Below are positions 49,983 to 59,097 of a DNA stretch of 64,000 nucleotides, piece after piece. This DNA is from Candidatus Hydrogenedentota bacterium (GTDB taxonomy: Bacteria; Hydrogenedentota; Hydrogenedentia; Hydrogenedentales; SLHB01): NCBI GenBank assembly GCA_963745075.1, contig CAVUWV010000010.1, positions 416,001-480,000 of the forward strand, given 5' to 3'. Each line of letters opens with the position of its first letter. The stretch's first letter is position 1. The notes under the pieces are model-generated. The model did no database searches. It saw nothing but the letters and a program-made list of their open reading frames with translations, and was not told where the DNA came from. The translations under genes and the position numbers were made by a program.

Positions 49983-51335
49983 CTACGTGAGTTCCCGAAC
50001 GCGCCCGGTGCCGTCACTGCCGGACGGCATGACCGGCACGTCAAGACCGCTCGAATTGGGCAACGCGCCATCCGGATCGATTCCGAGCAGTTCGACCATC
50101 GACGCGAGTAGATCTTCGGGATAGACCGCACGTTCCGCGACGGTTTCTCCCGTGGCATTGGACGCGCCGACCACGCAGCCGCCTTTGAATCCGCCACCCG
50201 CCACAACCGCGGAGAAACATTTCCCGTAATGGCTTCTCCCCCCGTTCCACGGCGGCTGCCATTGGATGCGCGGGGTCCGGCCGAATTCGCCGGTCCACCA
50301 CACAATGGTGCTGTCGAGCAGGCCGCGGTCCGTCAGGTCTTGGAGCAGGGTCGCCATGCCCGAATCCAATTCCGGCAATTTGCGGCGCATGATCTCGAAG
50401 TGTTGCTTATGCGTGTCCCAACCCTTGTAATTGATGGTCACGTACGGGACCCCACTTTCGACGAGACGCCGCGCCATCAGGCAGGACTGGCCAAAGCTGT
50501 TGCGGCCGTATCGGTCCCGGAGTTCGTCCGGTTCCTGGGTGAGGTCGAATAGCGAGCGCGCCTCGCCGAACATGAGGTCATACGCGCTTTGCTCGGTCCG
50601 ATCGAGATCCGCGAAGTGCGGATTCGCCGGCATGGCATGGCCGAGGGAATCCAGGGTATGCAGCAACTCGCGCCGACCATTCTGGCGCTCGTCTGAAATC
50701 CCCCTTGCGATAATCCCTTCCACGATGAATGGTTTTTGATTGGGGTCGCCGCCCGTCACGAACGGTCTATACTGTTGTCCCAGGAAACCGGCTTCCGAGA
50801 AACGGCCCTGGCCTTCCGTCAAGACGACGTACGGTGGAGTCAGCCCGTCGTAGCCGCGGTCGTACCCTTTGAACAGCGAGACCACTGCGCCCATGCTGGG
50901 GTAGACCAGCCGGCCGGGTTGGTGCCCGGTTTGGACGCGGTACGACGCCGTTTCATGGGCGTTGACGCCGTGGGTCATGCTGCGGATGATGGCGTACTTA
51001 TCCGCGTGCTGCGCCAGCAACGGCAGGTGTTCGTTAACGACGATGCCGTCCACGTTCGTGGGGATTACTTTGTCGAAGGGACCGCAATAATCGTAGCCCG
51101 CGTCCGGTTTCGGATCGAACGTGTCCAGATGAGACGGGCCACCCCACATCCAAATCTGGATTACCGCCTTGGCTTTCGCCGGGATCGTTGCGGGCTGCGT
51201 GGCAGCATTCGCCGCGGTGCTCTGCGCAAACGCCCGCGCGCCGGAACCGGTCAGGGCCAATCCCGCCGCCCCCGCAAGCCCCTGCCGAAGCAACGCCCGC
51301 CGCGTCATCGTGTACCGCATGTTCTGTCCGCTCAT
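49983..51335 (-). CDS. DUF1501 domain protein (Tat signal)
   Basis: TRRALL, WMWGGPSHLDTFDPKP, CLMARRLVESGV, WDTH, GEFGRTP. Confidence 0.92.
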   Translation of the reverse strand: MSGQNMRYTMTRRALLRQGLAGAAGLALTGSGARAFAQSTAANAATQPATIPAKAKAVIQIWMWGGPSHLDTFDPKPDAGYDYCGPFDKVIPTNVDGIVVNEHLPLLAQHADKYAIIRSMTHGVNAHETASYRVQTGHQPGRLVYPSMGAVVSLFKGYDRGYDGLTPPYVVLTEGQGRFSEAGFLGQQYRPFVTGGDPNQKPFIVEGIIARGISDERQNGRRELLHTLDSLGHAMPANPHFADLDRTEQSAYDLMFGEARSLFDLTQEPDELRDRYGRNSFGQSCLMARRLVESGVPYVTINYKGWDTHKQHFEIMRRKLPELDSGMATLLQDLTDRGLLDSTIVWWTGEFGRTPRIQWQPPWNGGRSHYGKCFSAVVAGGGFKGGCVVGASNATGETVAERAVYPEDLLASMVELLGIDPDGALPNSSGLDVPVMPSGSDGTGRVRELT

Positions 51336-51402
51336 TGTGTATTCTCTGTGGTTGTCTTCTCTGTCGTGCCGCAACAATTGTCCGGACTCTGGTAGGCCCC
51401 GT

Positions 51403-51562
51403 AACATCCCCCTTGATCCCCCTTCAAAGGGGGAATTACGCTGAACTTCGTTCACCAGTACCTACACGGTCAAACTTCAGATTCCAGATTTCTGTTGGCC
51501 CGAAACGCAACGCGAAGCGTTGCGGCCCATTCCCCCTTTGAAGGGGGATCAAGGGGGATGTT
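51403..51562. repeat. Inverted pair of REP family A
   Basis: Copies at 51403-51435 and 51530-51562; same gcaacgcgaagcgttgc hairpin inside. Confidence 0.9.
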
Positions 51563-51582
51563 CTTCGGCCGACCCAATTCAC

Positions 51583-53137
51583 CTAATGTCGATACAAGAA
51601 TTCCTTCGTGTTAATCAGTGCCCAAACCAAGTCTGTCGCGGCCTCCTGCAAACCCAGCGCATCGGTTTGGAAGTACGCTTCCACCGCGGCAACCTCCTCC
51701 GCTGTTGGTTGCCGCGAAAGCATTGCCAGGTAGACGGTCCGAACGAGCTGATCGGGGTTCTTCTTGAACTTCTTGACCAGATCGCGGAGCCGCCAGCCGC
51801 GTTCAATCTTGCTCTGGATATGACTCGAATTCAGCATGTGCAGGCGCTGCGCGTCCGTGGGCTGCACCGTGCGCTCGGATTCGAGACCCGTGTCGCGTGC
51901 CGGACGTCCGAACAGTTCGAGAAAGGGGCTGGTAATACTGCCGTCCGCGAGCGCGATGGAATGTTCGCTTTCGGGGATGAAGCTGAACGGTTCCGGGACT
52001 GCGCTGGAGTAACGTTCGCGGGTGCCGGTGATCCAGTTCAACGCATCGGCGAGAACTTCTGCGTCCAGTTGGCGCACGAGATAGTGGGCGAACAGGGCCT
52101 CCGCATCGGGATCGCTGCTTTGCGGGATGCAGGACTGTTGATACACCTCGGAATTCAGAATCAGACGATAGATGTGGCGGAGGTCGTACTGGCTTTGCAC
52201 CAATTCAGATTCGAGATACGAGAGCAACTCGGGATACACCGGCGGATTATCCGGCCGGATGTCGTCGGGTTCGTCAATGATCCCCCGGCCCAGCAGCCAC
52301 GCCCAGACGCGATTCACGATGTTGCGCGCGAAACACGCGTTGTCCGGCGCGATCAACCAATCGGCAAACACCTGCCGCGGATCCTGGTCCGGCCGGATCT
52401 GTACCGCCGTTCCGTCGGGAAATGTTGCGGTGAGAACCGTATCCGTGGCGGGATCGAGATAGACGATCTCCTCTTTCCATTCCGAAGTGCTCTTGTACGC
52501 GACGCGCGAGAAGAATTGGGCCAGGTTATCCTGCCAATCCTCCGACGAGCCTTCGAAACGGGTCCCCATGAAGGTCAGTGATACCGCCGCGGCGATGGTG
52601 GCCGGCTCCGTTCCCTGGATTGCCCGGTAGAAGTTGACCGGCGGGACGCGGAAATTGCTGCCGCTCGAACGTCAGGAGTTCGCGCGCAAACTGGTCGTAG
52701 GGCATGTTCTGCCGGATAGCGTCCCGGATCCAGTGGTGGTAGGCCTGGACGGCGTTTGGCCATAAGTTGATGGGAAACTCCGACTTAACGCGGAGCAAGT
52801 CGCACCATTTCAAGGCCCAGTAGTCGGCGAACTCCTCCCGTTCCAGGAGGTCGTCAATCAGCGCGGCGCGCTTGTTCGGGCGGCGGTCCTTCAGGAAGCC
52901 CTGGACTTCGCGGGGCGCGGGCAGCGTGCCGATGACGTCGAGATACACCCGCCGTATAAAGACTTGGTCCGAACAGAGATGGGCCGGTTCGATACCCTTT
53001 GCGCGCAGCCCGTCCAGGACGATGCGGTCAATGGGCGTTGCCGGAGTAATGGCGTGGTCGGTTTCGTACACGGACGCGGGGCTCTGTGCCGCAAGGCTCG
53101 CCATGAAAACCGCCGCCAGAAGCACGGTTCCCCCCAT
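51583..53137 (-). CDS. DUF1549/DUF1553 domain protein, 1-nt insertion at ~52668
   Basis: FIRRVYLDVIGTLP, PYDQFARELLT; then FARNIVNRVW..LLGRG, LILNSEVYQ, FGRP, DLVWALIN..EF; removing one base gives LLTSSGSNFRVPPVNFY. Confidence 0.85.
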
Positions 53138-53522
53138 TTTTACAGTCTCCCCCGAGACCAGCCCTCGGCGTCCCCCGACGCATGTGATGCCGTTGGCCGG
53201 TTCGTCCTGTGCCCTTTGCGAGATAATGGTAATTCTACGGCCTATTAAACACCAGTTCGACCCCCGCGTTCCCCCTGTGTATTCGTTCATCGTGGCGTTG
53301 CCGGCGCCCTATGCCGGTACCCTTACACTACGCCAGTCGGATTCGGAAACTCTTTGGAGTGCGGTCGCTTGCGGCTGCTTTTTTTCAACCGTGTGAGATT
53401 CGTCCGCCGCCGACAAAGCCCGCGGCAACGCGATGTTGTCAAGTCCGATTCCGAGAAGTCGCGGGAAGATCGGCATAAGGACACCCGCGGAGTGGCCGTA
53501 CCCCGCGGGCTCATTGTGAAGG

Positions 53523-53768
53523 TCATTCTCTGAAAGAAGTCATTGCGCGGTGCGCCGTCAAACTGTTTGCTGCGCATGCAGCACCGTTTGAAAGCGGTGT
53601 CCCGAGCCGCAGGGGCAGAGGTCGTTGCGCCCCAGCTTCTCGGTGAGTTCTTTGCCATCGCCGACAATGCGGCGGCCCCGTTTTACGCAGGTCTCCGAAG
53701 GGAATCCCTTGCGTCGCTTACGGGTAATTTCATGCGTGAAAGGAGTGTTCCTCGTAGTTCCCTGCCAT
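53523..53768 (-). CDS. Small SEC-C motif (Zn-binding) protein requiring three +1 frameshifts at C-UUU-CA
   Basis: GGAGGT-5 nt-ATG (53768); [26 protein letters not shown]...[37 protein letters not shown]; each junction is CTTTCA. Confidence 0.75.
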
Positions 53769-53859
53769 GATGCACCTCCCATCTTCCGGTTCTGGAAATC
53801 CAACTGTGTTCCCCGCTCACAGCGCGTTATGCGCATCGGGCCGCACGCAGCGGCGTACG

Positions 53860-54306
53860 TCATTCGCGGTTGACGAGGAGAGACAGCGTGAGAGATGCCA
53901 GGGCGAGGAAATACAACCCGGCGCCGGCGGCGTGAGAGTATTCCCATTGCCGCCGCAAGGCTTCCCAATTCTCAGGCATGGTGGTCCAGTTGGAGGTGGC
54001 CTGGTTTGCCGGAAAGGTGTATGCGAAGAATACGATCAGATCGACCGCGATGCATAGTCCCGCGAACAGAGCCAAGATGCAACCGGCAGGGCGTTTCCGT
54101 TCCAGAAAGGCGAGCAGCAACAACAGGATCAATGCCCCGACCACGGCAAATCCGAGATAATGCCATCCGCGGTAGTTCTGCTGAACGATTCGGTAATCAT
54201 TCTGGGACAGTCCGATCTTGTTCGGCAATTCGTAGAGGTGTGCAAAGCCGGCGGACATGGCGACGGCGGTGACCATGACCGCGGCGAAGCGAACAGCATT
54301 CAGCAA
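53860..54306 (-). CDS. DUF1772 / anthrone oxygenase-like membrane protein
   Basis: [29 protein letters not shown] start just after the upstream stop. Confidence 0.75.
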   Translation of the reverse strand: MLNAVRFAAVMVTAVAMSAGFAHLYELPNKIGLSQNDYRIVQQNYRGWHYLGFAVVGALILLLLLAFLERKRPAGCILALFAGLCIAVDLIVFFAYTFPANQATSNWTTMPENWEALRRQWEYSHAAGAGLYFLALASLTLSLLVNRE

Positions 54307-54310
54307 GCCC

Positions 54311-55261
54311 CTATCGCTCCGGGGCCGGCTGCCGGGTGTTCTCGAGTTTGCGGAGCTTCTTGATAACGGCATGCCATCCCTCCCGCACACTGGGGTACTT
54401 GGGCGCCCAATTGCAGTGTTCCCGGAGTTTTCGATTCGAGATTCGCAGCGATCGCGATAAGGTTTCGCCGACCGAGCCGAACAACTTCGCGGTCCAGGCC
54501 GGCGGCAGTTTCGGCGGTGGGACCCCCATCTCGTGGGCCAGCAGGTCGAAGTATTCGCGCCGCCGGACCGGTTGGTCATCTGTCACGTTGTAAACGCCCG
54601 CATCCGCATCAAGTACCGCAGCCACCGCGTTCGCGCTGTCACGGTGCGCTATCGACGAAACGAATCCCTGCGGGTCACCCGGAAACAAGGCCCAACCGTG
54701 GCGCAAGCTACGCATCATGTCGTGCGTTTGAAACGCGTCGGAACCGTAAAACAAAGCAAACCGCAGAATGATCCCTTTGCGCCCCCGTTCCGTAAACCGG
54801 TGCGCCGCCTCTTCCGCGTCCAGAATGGACCGGTTGTACCGCGTAGGCAAAATGCCCATGTTTTCGTCAATCCACTGGTCGCCGCAGTCCTCGTAGACTG
54901 GGGCGAACGATTCTTGAACGTACCGTTCGACGCCGCCGGCCAGGCACGCGTCCACCAGGATGGACGACGCGAAGGTTCGGAGCCGGTCGTTTTCACGGAA
55001 GGCGCCCGGAATAAGCGCGTGCAGAGAACTCGAGGGGATATGGGTGGCGAGGTTAACGACGGCGTCATGCCCGGCAACGGAGCGACGAACGGAGGCGGCG
55101 TCGAAGAGGTCCACTTCGACGGGCCGGGCACCCTTGAGTTCAAGGCCAAGGCGCTTCTTCGTGGTCCGGCCCACGGCGGTAACGTCGTGTCCTGCAGCGA
55201 GTAATTGCGGGATGAGCCGTTTACCCACGACCCCGGTGGCTCCAGCGACGAATATTTTCAT
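54311..55261 (-). CDS. NAD-dependent epimerase/dehydratase family protein
   Basis: IFVAGATGVVG, VVNLAT, LRFALFYG, YNVTDD. Confidence 0.9.
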   Translation of the reverse strand: MKIFVAGATGVVGKRLIPQLLAAGHDVTAVGRTTKKRLGLELKGARPVEVDLFDAASVRRSVAGHDAVVNLATHIPSSSLHALIPGAFRENDRLRTFASSILVDACLAGGVERYVQESFAPVYEDCGDQWIDENMGILPTRYNRSILDAEEAAHRFTERGRKGIILRFALFYGSDAFQTHDMMRSLRHGWALFPGDPQGFVSSIAHRDSANAVAAVLDADAGVYNVTDDQPVRRREYFDLLAHEMGVPPPKLPPAWTAKLFGSVGETLSRSLRISNRKLREHCNWAPKYPSVREGWHAVIKKLRKLENTRQPAPER

Positions 55262-55370
55262 GGCGGAACTCCCCAGCCCGGAAATCTCCCACGCACCAAA
55301 CGCCGGATCTATAACCCCAGTCCGCTCCGGGGCTTCACATACCCGTCCGAGCGTTCGGGGCTGACCGAGT

Positions 55371-55481
55371 CGTGTGAGAATTCCACACTCGTGATCCTAT
55401 AGCCCTTCTCGAAAACATTTCTCACCGCAGCCCAAGGTACCGGTCTGCACGTCGACGCCTTTCCGGCGGTGAGAAATGCGG
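55371..55481 (-). repeat. ~110-bp dispersed hairpin element, copy 2
   Basis: Reverse complement aligns with 27150-27259. Confidence 0.75.
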
Positions 55482-55718
55482 ACTAGCCGCGCGAGCCTAT
55501 CCGTGCTCTCTCCGGCGTTTCAAATTTGGCAGTTTTGGTGGAATTCGTCCCTCATGCGACGCGATATACGGTGCACCGTCTTCTAGGAAACGAAATGGCA
55601 GCGGCTATATGTTCCGCGTTGGGTTCGGTCGCCCACTGCGGGGAGCGCGAAGGGCCGAGACCAATCGCAGGACTTCCGCGTAGCCAATGTGGCATTCTTT
55701 CGCATGAAGGAGGGGGAC

Positions 55719-58319
55719 ATGAAAACCGCGCTGCGATTCATGGGAGTCCTGTTGGGAATGCTCGTCCTCGGTGCTCTCGGCCCCGGGTGGCGGGGCGCGT
55801 TGGACTTGGCACGCGCCGAACCCGCTGCAGCTCCGTCTCCGGAGTTCTTATTGGTTGACGGTGGGCAAAGTTCGTACCAGATCGTGCTTTCGTCCTTGGC
55901 GGGAGAGCCGAGTGCGTCTGAACGGCGCGCCGCGGAGGAACTGCAAGCATCTGTGAAAGCGGTGACCGGCGCGCAGCTACCGATCGTGGACGTGCCGCCG
56001 TCCGATGGGAACGCGCCCACCATCGTGCTGGGCGCCGGGGCCGAGGCCCAGCGCTTGGGCGTCAACCCGAGTGCGGACGACCTGGGCGAGCAAGGCTACG
56101 TGATGCGAACGGTGGGACCGCACCTCGTCATTGCAGGCACACCGGGTGCAGGCACGTTATACGGTGTCTACGACTTCATCGAACGCTCTCTCGGAATGCG
56201 CTGGTATGCGCCCGGCGTAACGAAGATCCCTCATCTCGAAACCCTGCCGCTACCGCAAATCGACGAATCGATCCGGCCGGCCTTTGCCTGGCGGCACACC
56301 AGCTACACGTGGCCGGGCCGCGACGCGGATTTCAACGCACACGTGCGGGACAATTCGGGATCGGGTGGTCCCGACGATTCCACCGGGATCCAATACGCCT
56401 TCGACGGCACATGCCACAGCTATTTTCGGTTTATCAGTCCCGATGAATACTTCGCCGATCACCCGGAGTATTTCTCCGAGATCGGCGGTTTCCGCCGCCA
56501 GGACGAAACGCAGCTTTGCCTCACCAATCCCGACGTGCTGGAAATCGTGACCGAGAAGATGCTCAAACGCATGGCAGACATGCCCGGCGTGCGCCAGCAC
56601 AATTTTTCGCAGATGGATTGGTACAACTTCTGCCAATGCGACCGCTGCCGGGCTATCGACGAACAATACGGTACGCCGGGAGCGACGCAGTTCTGGTTTG
56701 TGAATCAACTTGCCGAACGCACGGCGAAGGTATTCCCCGACAAGCTAATCGGCACGCTTGCCTATATGTATACCGAAGAGTACCCGAAGGGCATGAAGAT
56801 ACACCCCAACGTAGCGGTTTGGTTGTGCCATATGTTCCCCTCGTGCGACAGCCACCCGATTGCGACCTGCCCGCTCGAGGCTGCATACAAGCACCGCGCA
56901 CTCGAGTGGTCGGAGAACTGCAACCACCTGTACATCTGGCATTACGTGGTCGACTTCGCCCACTACTACGAACCCTTTCCCAACTTCCGTGCCATGGCGG
57001 CCGACATGCAGTTCTACAAGCAGATCGGTGTCGAGGGCATCTACCTGCAAGCCATGGGCCACGGCGGCGGCGGCGGCGAATTCAGCCTCTTGCGGGGATA
57101 CTACGGCATGAAGTTGCTCTGGGATCCCGGGCAGGATGCCGACGCGATTCTTCGCGACTTCCTTCAGGGGTACTACGGCACCGCGTCCGAACCCATTTGG
57201 CAATACATCACCATGATCCACGACAAGGTGGACAACGAAAACATCCACATGCACCTGTACACGAATCCCGCTCAGGGGTATTTGCCGGACGGCTTGCTGC
57301 AGACCGCCGGGGAACTTTTCGACCTAGCCGAAGAAACGGTCAAGGACGATCCGGAACTGCTGGAACGGGTTCGGGTCGCGCGCATGCCGCTTACCTATGC
57401 GCGCATCTTTCCGCGCAACGGGTACACCCTCGAAAACGGGACGCTGCGATTCGACGGCGACGTCGCGAGCATGGCGGAAACGACGGAATTCATCGAGCGA
57501 ATGAAGAGCCACGGCTTCCAGACGATTCGCGAGCGCGGCGGCGACCCGCAACAATTGACGATGTGGTCCCTTGTGGGTGCGATGGGCCTTCCGTACGAGC
57601 GCATCACCAACGGCCATCTGATCGTTGACGTTGTACCGGCCTTCGGCGGACGGGCGCTTCGCATCATTCACCGCGACTCTGCGGAATGCGTTACCGCGTA
57701 CGACACCACGCGCAATCTCTATTTCCCCTTCGCCGGCGGAGAGGAAACCCGTATGGGGACCGCATTCGAAGCGCCCCAAGGCACGTCGCTGGTTCCCTTC
57801 AGCATTGTGGAACGCACGGACGACGCCATTACACTGGAGGCAACCTTCGGCGGCGTAACATTGCGGCGCATTCTCACGCTCGCAGCGAATTCGCCGGTGC
57901 TAACGGTTACAAACGAAGTTACAAATCGAACGGATAAGCCGAAGCTCGTCTTAATCCACAGCCATCTCGAACTCCAGCTCGGCGACCTCATGAAAACCCG
58001 CGTCGCCTTTGTCAACCGCGGCGGCGAGAATGTGATGCGCGACATGCAACCCATCGTGGACGGGCTGCGCGAGGGCGAGGCCTACCGGGATCGCAACACC
58101 CCCAACGGCGCGTGGACTTTTACGGGAAGTAAAGGACTCCAAGTGACGCAGCGGTTCGATCCCGGACAAATGGACTTCACGTGGCTCTGCGCGTTCCCGC
58201 AAACCCTGAACGAACTCGAAGTCGAGGCCTGGGCGAAAGGTGTAACGCTGCCGCCGGGCGATACGTTGTCGTTCACCAACTCCCTGGAAGTCGGATACGT
58301 AGATGCCGATGGAGACTGA
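55719..58319 (+). CDS. Secreted DUF4838 domain protein
   Basis: GTLYGVYDF, PDEYFADHPEYFS, QLCLTNPDV, FCQCDRC, TLAY, KLLWDP. Confidence 0.85.
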   Translation: MKTALRFMGVLLGMLVLGALGPGWRGALDLARAEPAAAPSPEFLLVDGGQSSYQIVLSSLAGEPSASERRAAEELQASVKAVTGAQLPIVDVPPSDGNAPTIVLGAGAEAQRLGVNPSADDLGEQGYVMRTVGPHLVIAGTPGAGTLYGVYDFIERSLGMRWYAPGVTKIPHLETLPLPQIDESIRPAFAWRHTSYTWPGRDADFNAHVRDNSGSGGPDDSTGIQYAFDGTCHSYFRFISPDEYFADHPEYFSEIGGFRRQDETQLCLTNPDVLEIVTEKMLKRMADMPGVRQHNFSQMDWYNFCQCDRCRAIDEQYGTPGATQFWFVNQLAERTAKVFPDKLIGTLAYMYTEEYPKGMKIHPNVAVWLCHMFPSCDSHPIATCPLEAAYKHRALEWSENCNHLYIWHYVVDFAHYYEPFPNFRAMAADMQFYKQIGVEGIYLQAMGHGGGGGEFSLLRGYYGMKLLWDPGQDADAILRDFLQGYYGTASEPIWQYITMIHDKVDNENIHMHLYTNPAQGYLPDGLLQTAGELFDLAEETVKDDPELLERVRVARMPLTYARIFPRNGYTLENGTLRFDGDVASMAETTEFIERMKSHGFQTIRERGGDPQQLTMWSLVGAMGLPYERITNGHLIVDVVPAFGGRALRIIHRDSAECVTAYDTTRNLYFPFAGGEETRMGTAFEAPQGTSLVPFSIVERTDDAITLEATFGGVTLRRILTLAANSPVLTVTNEVTNRTDKPKLVLIHSHLELQLGDLMKTRVAFVNRGGENVMRDMQPIVDGLREGEAYRDRNTPNGAWTFTGSKGLQVTQRFDPGQMDFTWLCAFPQTLNELEVEAWAKGVTLPPGDTLSFTNSLEVGYVDADGD

Positions 58320-58362
58320 GACCCGTAGCCCATATCGACCATAAAGTCCACACAGCAAAAAC

Positions 58363-58398
58363 AATCGCCCCGGCGCCGTTCATCGCTCCGGGGCGATT
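58363..58398. terminator. Hairpin between convergent genes, possible terminator
   Basis: aatcgccccgg / ccggggcgatt stem with an A-rich left flank. Confidence 0.5.
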
Positions 58399-58416
58399 CA
58401 ATTTCGCGCGGGAGTG

Positions 58417-58902
58417 TTACGCGGCGTTGTACGCTTTCTCGAAGTCGTCGATCAGGCCGCGTAACGCTTTTGTGTTTTCGAGGTCGGTGGTTTGTTTGCA
58501 TTTCATCGCCGTGACCAGCATCTTGTGACAGAGCGTGAGGTGGTTCACGTACTTCTCATTCTCTGCCGCGTCGCCGCTTGCCGGCGTCTTGATGCGCTGC
58601 TGCAGGAAGTAGTAGGTCACCACCTCCGCCAATTCATCCGCGTGGTCGTCTTTGTTCATGACCCAGCGCACGAGTTGATTCGTGTTCTTGCCCGGTTCGG
58701 CCGACAGCTCATTAATTTCGTTCATGGATTTCTCGATGGTCGTCACGTGCTCGCGCATTTGGGCGAACCGCGCGGCGTCGTCGTAGATCCCGCAGGGGAT
58801 CTGACAGTGGGCAAAGGTGACCTGAGGGATGAACAACGCCGCCGCAACGGCGACCGCGCCCAGCGTAACAGCAGTAGCGAAAACCTTCTTGCGCTTCGTC
58901 AT
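58417..58902 (-). CDS. sodN: Nickel superoxide dismutase with signal peptide
   Basis: Ni-hook HCQIPCGIYD directly after TFA; RWVMNKDDHA, MKCKQT. Confidence 0.92.
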   Translation of the reverse strand: MTKRKKVFATAVTLGAVAVAAALFIPQVTFAHCQIPCGIYDDAARFAQMREHVTTIEKSMNEINELSAEPGKNTNQLVRWVMNKDDHADELAEVVTYYFLQQRIKTPASGDAAENEKYVNHLTLCHKMLVTAMKCKQTTDLENTKALRGLIDDFEKAYNAA

Positions 58903-59097
58903 GAAAAGTTCCTCCTTCGTTAATTGCAGTTACCGTTAGACCGGCCTCATGCCGATAGCGAGTATTTGGGTACGACCGTTAAGAACACCACACGCCGATG
59001 AAATATTCAAGAAGTTTACGGCCGACGAATCACCGTCGTCTTGCGACCGAACGGAGCGCTGGGCTATGGTGAACGTCCTGGAATGAGGGTGCCACTC

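Noticed and set aside
49673..50305. N-terminal extension of the 990-aa ORF through the REP pair
   Set aside because: Overlaps the DUF1501 gene and repeat DNA; the signal peptide starts at 49672 (an ATG at 49966 cannot be fully excluded)
169..51562. CRISPR array interpretation of the 32-bp repeats
   Set aside because: Copies are inverted doublets ~95 bp apart and dispersed, not direct repeats with regular spacers; no cas genes
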